Assembly: GCA_951406725.2 (NCBI GenBank)
Contig: OX597815.1
Span: 53,196,001 to 53,260,000, forward strand
DNA from: Octopus vulgaris
Taxonomy: Eukaryota
Length of the DNA stretch: 64,000 bases
Direction: 5' to 3'
Positions 55,853 through 64,000 of this stretch are shown here, piece by piece (the first letter of the stretch is position 1; each line of letters starts with the position of its first letter). The notes below the pieces were generated by a model, which worked only from the letters and a program-made list of their open reading frames with translations, ran no database searches and had not been told where the DNA came from. The position numbers and the translations under genes are program-made.

Positions 55853-56196
55853 AAGAGAACACAAGTTGAATTTAAAGATATAGAACAGCTGTTTCGGCAG
55901 CAATTTTAGTTATTTCTAATTATTATTATTATTATTATTATTAATATTTTATGATTAGTTCTATTACTACAATTACATCATAAAAGAAAAAGGGACCGCT
56001 CTCATCAGGTAGGAGAAGAAAATTCAAAACGATTCGCTTTGACAAGCGTTATCAAAGCTTTGATAATGTTTCTTAAAGCGAATCGTTTTGAATTTTCTTT
56101 CACCTCTTGAAAACAGTTTCTTTATGTAATCATAATAAGGGAAAGATATTGCCGAAACAGTGGTTGTGAATCTTCAAACTCTACTAGTGTTCTTTT
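55853..56196. mobile_element. Fold-back element with two divergent hammerhead relics
   Basis: Centre atcaaag|ctttgat at 56057/56058, 25-bp perfect inner arms, diverged outer arms; a GAAAC-nnnn-GUU box in each arm. Confidence 0.75.
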
Positions 56197-56299
56197 ATGA
56201 AAACGCCGTGTCTGGAATAATCCCTGCTTTGGATCCATAACTTACATCCGATATATCTATCTATTGATAGAGATAGATAGATAAATAGATAGATAGATT

Positions 56300-56365
<66 letters not shown>

Positions 56366-56537
56366 GAGGCAGATAGATAGATAGATAGATAGATAGAAAG
56401 AAAGAAAGAAAGAAAAATAGATAGATAGATATATAGATAGATAGATAGAGATGTATTCCTACACATGCGCGTATATAACTATATGTATATATACTTGTAT
56501 CATATACATATACATATATGCTTGTATCATATACACA

Positions 56538-56712
56538 GTCTGCCGTTATGTTCTGGGTTCAAATTGCGCCGAGGTCGACTTTGCCTTTCATCCTTTCGGG
56601 GTCGATAAATTAAGTACCAGTTACGCACTGGAGTCGATGTAATCGACTTAATCTGTTTGTTTGTCCTTGTTTGTCCCCTCTGTGTTTAGCCCCTTGTGGG
56701 TTGTAAAGAAAT
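56538..56712 (+). mobile_element. SINE fragment
   Basis: gggttcaaattgcgccgaggtcgactttgcctttcatcctttcggggtcgataaat core. Confidence 0.85.
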
Positions 56713-56803
56713 ATATACTTGTATCATATGTCTACGCATGCGTGGGACTCAACTTAAAATACCTCGATTCTAATGAATCCTATGGTTGATTATACACACA
56801 TAC

Positions 56804-56919
<116 letters not shown>

Positions 56920-56936
56920 AACAACAACAGCAACAG

Positions 56937-57020
<84 letters not shown>

Positions 57021-57555
57021 GAGCTGTCCTGATGCAGTACCAGGCAGTGGCTCTCATGGCTTCTGATCTTAACTGATTGGAAGTGTTATGCACTTTGTTT
57101 TGTCTTGATATAAAAGATTGGCTACAACAAATATTTTGCTCAGTACCACAGATTTGCTTGTCAGTTGTTTGTCCATAACCAGTTGACCATGTCCCTTAGT
57201 GGCTGACGATATGTGCATCTCTGATCAAGAGCAGAAGTAGTGGGGGAGCACCATAGCCGTGTGTTGAAAGGAATTCTTGGAGGTTTGGATAATTCACCTT
57301 TGGAAATATGGGTGGTTCGTTCAACATCCTTAAACAATCATTCAGGCACCTTTTGAGCGGACTGGGCTACTCGACCAGAAGAAAATTCTGACTGGGCCTC
57401 ACCTGCAAGGTCATGCGCTGTTTATCTTGATATGGGATCACCGTGTCGCGCACATATGGTTATGATGCATGTGCTTGGTGTACCCTTATCAGACGGGTAG
57501 TCATGGTGGGTATACTGGGCTTCGTATATTTTACCCCATTGTCACTTTGATGGCA
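57021..57555. mobile_element. Unclassified interspersed element embedded between trinucleotide tracts
   Basis: Sharp-edged, GC-richer ~535-bp block between (AAT/AAC)n and (TTA/TTG)n; no recognisable ORF. Confidence 0.5.
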
Positions 57556-57578
57556 TTATTATTATTATTATTATTATT

Positions 57579-57617
<39 letters not shown>

Positions 57618-57642
57618 ATTGTTGTTGTTGTTGTTGTTGTTG

Positions 57643-57698
<56 letters not shown>

Positions 57699-57851
57699 TA
57701 TTCTTAATAGAATGGAAGGATAAAATCACGCTAATGATTATATCAGATAGTCAGTATGAAATAAAAAACTTTGTAGGTGATTTATATACTAAATTAATAA
57801 TTATATATATATACACACACACATGTATCCATTTACATTGTATGCATTGCA

Positions 57852-57964
<113 letters not shown>

Positions 57965-59699
57965 GGGTAAGGACTAGAGCTGATTAGTCACCAAGGTAAT
58001 AAGTAGCAGTGGATCAACTATCTTATCGATGGCTTAAGTAGACTGAATGAGATTATTGCTAGGGGTGCTAGGAATTGCCATGGCTTTACAGAGATCCAAG
58101 ATCGGCTGGATTACACAGGAAAGCTCTCACTGAAATGCTTTAAAGAATATTAAACATTAGCAGTGATAGTTGTTGAATTTTTGAGAGTAATCGTAGCAGT
58201 CATAGTAATGATAGAAAGTATATGGATCTATATCAAGTTTAACATGTTGGCTTCCCTTTAATGAGAGCAGGAAAAACTGAGTTACGAACGTTGCTGTATC
58301 TTCCAAACAGAGATCAATGCGATTCAATTTCACGCTGATAAGGCATTGACGTGGATTAAAAGATTCTAGTGGGATGGGCTCTGTTACCTTCCACATGTTC
58401 CCCTATGGTTTGGAGTTGACCTGTAACACGTAAACAAAATGACGTCTGGTCGAACATGTTTGTATTTGTTCGGCTCGATCATGATCCTCTGTAGCGTTCG
58501 AGAGGTCAACAATTCCTTATTCCGCTTAGTGCTTTAGGTCCGGTCGAAGAGGGGTTTTTGCTGGTGCACAACCAGCCATTGTATATACATTTCACTTCAG
58601 TTTTTAAAGAACAAGGAGGGAAATTTTATTGATGAAGACTTTACAGTGCCTCTATGTTCGTGCTCGCACCATTATATACTCGTGTAAGCATGTGTATATG
58701 TAGGTAAACACACATACACACACACGTGTATATATATATATTTATATATATATATATATAATATATAATATATGTATGTATGTATGTATATATATATATA
58801 TGTATATATATATGCATGTATATATATATATATATATATATGTTTTTAATACCTTTGTACACTGACATACATGCGTCATTATATATGCATATATAAGGTA
58901 GTGAGCAGGCAGAATCATTAGCACGATAGACAAAATGCTTAACGTCTGAGTTCAAATTTCGCCGAGCTCTGCTCAGCCTTTCACCCTCCGATGTTGATGA
59001 AATAAGCACCAGTCAACTAATGGCCTCGATATAATCGAATAGCCCCTTGCACCCGACCAAATATCCGGCCCTGTGCTTATAGCAGAAAAGATTAAATGTA
59101 CATTTATGAGTTGTTTTTGTGTATTTGTGCGTGTATTTATGTGTACTATATGTGCACATATGTGTGAAAAATATGTGTGTGTTTGACTAGATGTTTGTCT
59201 CTATACACGTTTGTGTATGCATATGTTTCAATGTGAAGAGTATATTTCTCCTATTGCTCCTGTATGTGTATATGTGCATGAGCAAGTGTGTTTTTTTTTT
59301 GCATGTGTTCGCAGACGTCTGCACGTTCCTCTTTAATCATGGTGTCTATTAAGAATATAACGTAAAATGGTGCATGCGCTTTTGAGTATTTTTGAAAGTG
59401 TCTAGGCGTGTATGAGAATATGATGCATGTGAAAAAAGAGCGTTCATTTCTATAGACCCCTACATATTTCTATATAGTTTTGGCGATTCTTACGAAAATA
59501 ATTTGTATGTGATACATACACTTATGAATATTTTAGTTGCTGCAGGAAAGAGAAATAATAGAATTTATATATGATTTGACACTTCCAATACATATTTGTA
59601 CACCCCCCACACACACATACGTATACTAATACGTAAATACATGTGAATGCATATATGTATATACATATATAAGTTTATATCTATTTATATTTATGTAAT

Positions 59700-61035
59700 T
59701 TAATTCAATTTCAATTCAATTCAGTTTTATTGGCTCAAAAAGCAAAAGCAAGGCCATGTAGGGGGATAGGGTGTTATGTACAAGGAGTGTGGTCATACAA
59801 AGAGTTCAGGCTATTTCTGGTCAAGAGAGACTTTGAACCGACCTGTCGTCGGCATCTTCACTATCTCGGCAGCTTAATCCACGGATCCGCAACCCGGACG
59901 GAGAAAGCCCCTTTCCTTCGATTGAGATGAAATCGTCGTAGATAGAGCTTTTCGGAGTGACCACGCAGCCTACGCTCTGGAGCAGGAGTGAAGAACATCT
60001 ATTTCGAGAGGTTACACTTTCCACTTATGATGTTGTGATCGAGAATGAGATCACCACGGCGTCGTCGTTTTTCGAGAGAATAAAGGTCGAGCGTCTTCAG
60101 CCTTTTTTCATAAGACAAATGCTTGAGACCAAGAACCATGCGGGTAGCCAGCTTCTGGACTCTTTCGAGATGATGTATGTCTTTGAGGAGATAAGGAGAA
60201 GAGGCTTGAATCCCGTACTCCAATATGGGTCTCACCAGCGTGGCATAGAGCGGTAGGAATATGGCTGCCGTGAGCATTCCGAATGACCGTCGAATCAAAA
60301 ACAGACCTCCGCGTGCTTTGTTGGCAGCATGGATGCACTGGGCCAAAGGCGAAAAGGAAGAATCCACCAAGATACCCAGGTCCTTTACTTGGTCGGTCTT
60401 CTCCAGCAGCAAACGACCCGGCTCGAAATCAAGTTGAGTTGCAGGAGAGGAGCCAACAGGCAGATGACAGCACTTTGACACGTTCAGACACAGGTCCCAT
60501 TCGTTTGACCATCTCCAAACTTGATCATCTATATTACTGCGAGGAGCGACCAGTTTGACGTCGTCGGCAAAGGGTGTGTTGCGTGAGGTCGTCGTGCAAG
60601 TCATTGATGAAGACTAAAAACAATAACGGCCCAAGTACTGAACCTTGAGGCACGCCACTGCTCGCACTAGAGACGTCGGACAGCGAGCCATTAACTTGGA
60701 CTTGGAAGGAGCGATCTGAGAGGAAGGCACCAACCCATCGTACAATATCCTGATGGAAACGATATGCTTGAAGCTTGACAAGTAATAGGTGGTGGTTAAC
60801 CGAGTCAAAAGCTTTGGCAAAGTCCAATAAAACGATGTCAACAGCATCACCATCATCCAGGATACGCGTCACCAATTCTTCCTTTACCAGTAAGTTGACA
60901 AGCATGATCTCTTCGGCACGAAGCCGTGTTGGGAATCAGAGATAGAGGCTGTGTCTTGGAGGTGGAGCAACATACTTTTCTTGAGGATGGTTTCGAACAT
61001 CTTGCTGATTATTGAAGTAAGGGAAACCGGTCGGT
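59700..61035 (-). mobile_element. 5'-truncated CR1-group LINE (RT to 3' tail)
   Basis: LDFAKAFDSVNH, SGVPQGSVLGPLLFLVFINDL, FADDVKL, LVRPILEY, LERVQKLATRMV; aataaa followed by a (gaatt)n tail. Confidence 0.92.
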
Positions 61036-62088
61036 ATGATTGAGCTTTATGGTTTTAGCTAGTGCTGAAGATCTCTAGAAAGTGTAAAGCTAAGTAACCA
61101 AGACACTCTATAGTAAGGAGAAACAAGGAGGAAAATAAGAAAGTTAAAGAAAGAGACAGGAAAAGAAAAATGTAGGAAGTACAAATCGTGTGAGTTATTA
61201 TCTCTGTTTAATGAAACGAACGGAGAATAAGATGAATGTAGATGTAGGAGAAATGTAGATATAATAACTGGGATGGTGAAAGGATGATATAACAAAAAAT
61301 AGATAAGATAAAACAGATAAAATAAAAGGATATTTAATTGGTGGAATTTTTCTTTACTTCAATCCAACAGGAATCATACTGTACTCTGCAGTATTATTGC
61401 AACTTTTGGAATCTTTGATTTACAGCTAAGAGGACGGAGCAACTCAGAAAATAGTTTTATTCATACTTTTTATGAAACAGGTACAACGCTGATGTTTGGC
61501 TGCTGGATAATAGACTTATATCAAAACAAAATGGAGACTGGCCAACGAAGAAGCCTGCACACAGCAAGAAATAATCACCATAATCTTCTTCAAATCATAT
61601 ATTGTTTTAAAAGCATGGCTACAGTGGACGTTCAATAAACAATATGTCAAAGAAGAAGAGACATTCATAACTAGGGCGTCTTTGATCGTTGTTACAACAA
61701 CGACAAAAATGTCTCCAATTATCTCATGAGAATTAACTATGAAGTCTCTACACATTTGCTTAACCTGTTAGAAATATCAGACGAATGTCTCTAAAATCGT
61801 ACGTATAAGAGAATTGAATAATGTTGTCATATATTGACTATGTCTGAAAAGAGTGGAAAGAAAGACAAAGGTAGAATAGAAAATAAAGACAAGGGTGAAA
61901 GAAAGGGACGGTTGGTAAATAAAATCAGAGGTAGAGTGGAAAAGTGTGAAGGCATGAGTAAGGCTTAGGTAACTAGATACGCAAAAACAAAATATGCAGC
62001 TCATTTGGGATATAGTTTTTAGAATAGAGCCCCATAACAACACTAAAATAAACGGTGGAAGAGCAGGAGAAAACAAGTAGTAGTAGTA

Positions 62089-62224
62089 GTAGTAGGAGGA
62101 GGAGGAGGAGGAGGAAGAAGAAGAAGAAGAAGAAGAAGAAGAAGAAGAAGAAGAAGAAGAAGAAGAAGAAGAAGAAGAAGAAGAAGAAGAAGAAGAAGAA
62201 GAAGAAGAAGAAGAAGAAGAAGAA
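62089..62224. repeat. (GGA)n(GAA)n purine microsatellite, representative of the many SSR tracts in the window
   Basis: Direct reading; (TA)n, (CA)n, (GA)n, (TATC)n, (TACA)n, (TAGG)n and (AAT)n tracts occur throughout. Confidence 0.95.
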
Positions 62225-63334
62225 GGATGGGCGTGGAAGAAGAATCACACCAACTTTACATATATGTATTTTATACACAAGAAGAATTAATATTTGTTAA
62301 GTGTTTCTGCTTGGCCATATTCCACATGTTGAACCAGTGAAAGAGTAGTAATGACATTCATACATATTCCCCAGAAACGATATGAAATGTCATCAAACTC
62401 CAACCATAAGTGGGCTGCAGATGACCGTCAGTGATAATTCATTTACTATAAATGAAATTTTCAGTAAGTAGTTTTTATTTCATGAGTTTGAATATAATTT
62501 AATGGTCATAAAATTAAATAGTTATAAAATTTGATGGTCATTGGATTAAATTTTACGGCCTTCACAGGAGAAGAAACAGAAGATATGTGGCCATAATACG
62601 AATACACTCCAGAAATCTCTACTTATCAATCCTTGAATTATTCTTTTAAGATCGATAAAATAGCGAAAAAACAGCGACTGGATTCCATATGACCGACTGT
62701 ATTCCTCCTCCAAATTTCTCCACGTTTATCACAAAGTAACCAGGCTCCACCACATATGGCACTACAGTAGTAACACTCCACTACCTCTGGCACAGAGCAA
62801 TCACAAATCCCCACCTTCGTCACGGATTAATCACATTTTTCCACCTTCGTCTCAAAATATGGTGGTGGATCTCCGTCGTTCAGCAGTGAAGATTTAATCG
62901 TTCGATCAATTAAATTACCTGCATATGAATTAGCAGGCAATTGGTTGAGTATTCCAGAGATGACTATGCTCTTAATCTAATCCTCAGATAGAATCAGTGT
63001 AATACTTTGTGTTCCTTTGAATTACAGGTACAATCCGTCAGAAGGGATTCTGTGTAGTCTGCGTCTGTCCAGTTTCACTCGTAAGGTTTGGGTTGACTTG
63101 AATCTATAGTAAAGAACAACTGCCAAAGATGCCATGAGGTGGGATCGAACCTGGTTTTCGTGATTACAAAGCGAACTTTACTGAGACCATCACGTTGGAC
63201 CCTGAAAGCCTTTACTCGTACATCTGTACAATTAGATTTGAGATATCGACTAAGCAAGCGACAAGAAGAGCATCCTATCTAACATGCATCAATTCCTGTT
63301 CTGGTGATTCTTTTTGACAAGCATTATTAAAATG

Positions 63335-63710
63335 GTGGCGAGCTGGCACAATCGTTTGCATGTCCAACAGAATGCTTAACGGCATTTTGTCCGTCTTCAT
63401 GCTCTGAGTTCAAATTCCGCCGAGATCGACTTTGTCTTTCATCTTTTTGGGATCAATAGAATAAGTACCAGGATCGACCTACCCCTCCCTTGAAATTGCT
63501 GACTTTGTGTCAAAGTTTGAAATCATTATTAAAATAAATGTACATAGGGCGGTGAGCTGGCAGAATCGTTTGCATTCCAGACAAAACGTTTTACGATATT
63601 CCATTCGTTTTTACGTTCTGATTTCAAATTCCACCGACGTCGACTTTGCTTTTCATCATTTCAGAGTCGATAATCGACTTACCCACTTTCCCGAAATTGC
63701 TGGCAATGTA
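63335..63710 (+). mobile_element. Two tandem diverged SINE copies
   Basis: ggcgagctggcacaatcg... and gcggtgagctggcagaatcg... heads, each with ttcaaattcc B-box. Confidence 0.8.
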
Positions 63711-64000
63711 CCATAGACATATTCACTACAAAGGTAATAACTTTTTTTTTTAAATTTTCGTCTTTAAAAAAAAAATTGAACATTCCTGTTTTCATCTTCG
63801 TCAAATTTTGTGCAACTTATTAAATTATTCATTTATTTATTTCGAAAAAATACTATTCAACATTTTAAAATTTTGTAAACTTTAAAATATAAGAATTAAA
63901 AAAAAGGAAAAACGGAGAATAATGTTAAATATGAGGCACCATCAGTCTTGAAATTTATCTATAATTAAATGAAATAAATATCTATGTACATATGATTATA

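Overview
AT-rich, microsatellite-saturated animal genomic DNA. The SINE families and repeat profile point to a cephalopod, most likely Octopus (inference). The whole window lies inside one minus-strand gene, the photoreceptor-specific nuclear receptor NR2E3/PNR (Hr51/unfulfilled orthologue). Four internal coding exons are visible (53418-53618, 44847-45091, 43834-44071, 3030-3135) with phase-compatible GT-AG junctions and a 40.7-kb intron. The DNA-binding-domain exons and the last exon were not found and presumably lie outside the window. The introns hold tRNA-derived SINEs, two decayed mariners, a MITE, a Helitron-like element, and L1/Tx1, CR1-type, RLE-type and Penelope fragments. The most notable hidden signal is about ten type I hammerhead-ribozyme-like folds belonging to several unrelated short element families. 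These include a 347-nt direct-repeat-bounded retrozyme-like unit, a ~350-nt rod-shaped element with a hammerhead at its apex, an intact-core hammerhead locked inside a perfect 104-bp inverted repeat, and one directly downstream of a Penelope GIY-YIG remnant. All folds were worked out by eye and need computational and biochemical confirmation. Most ORFs in the supplied track are microsatellite artefacts.
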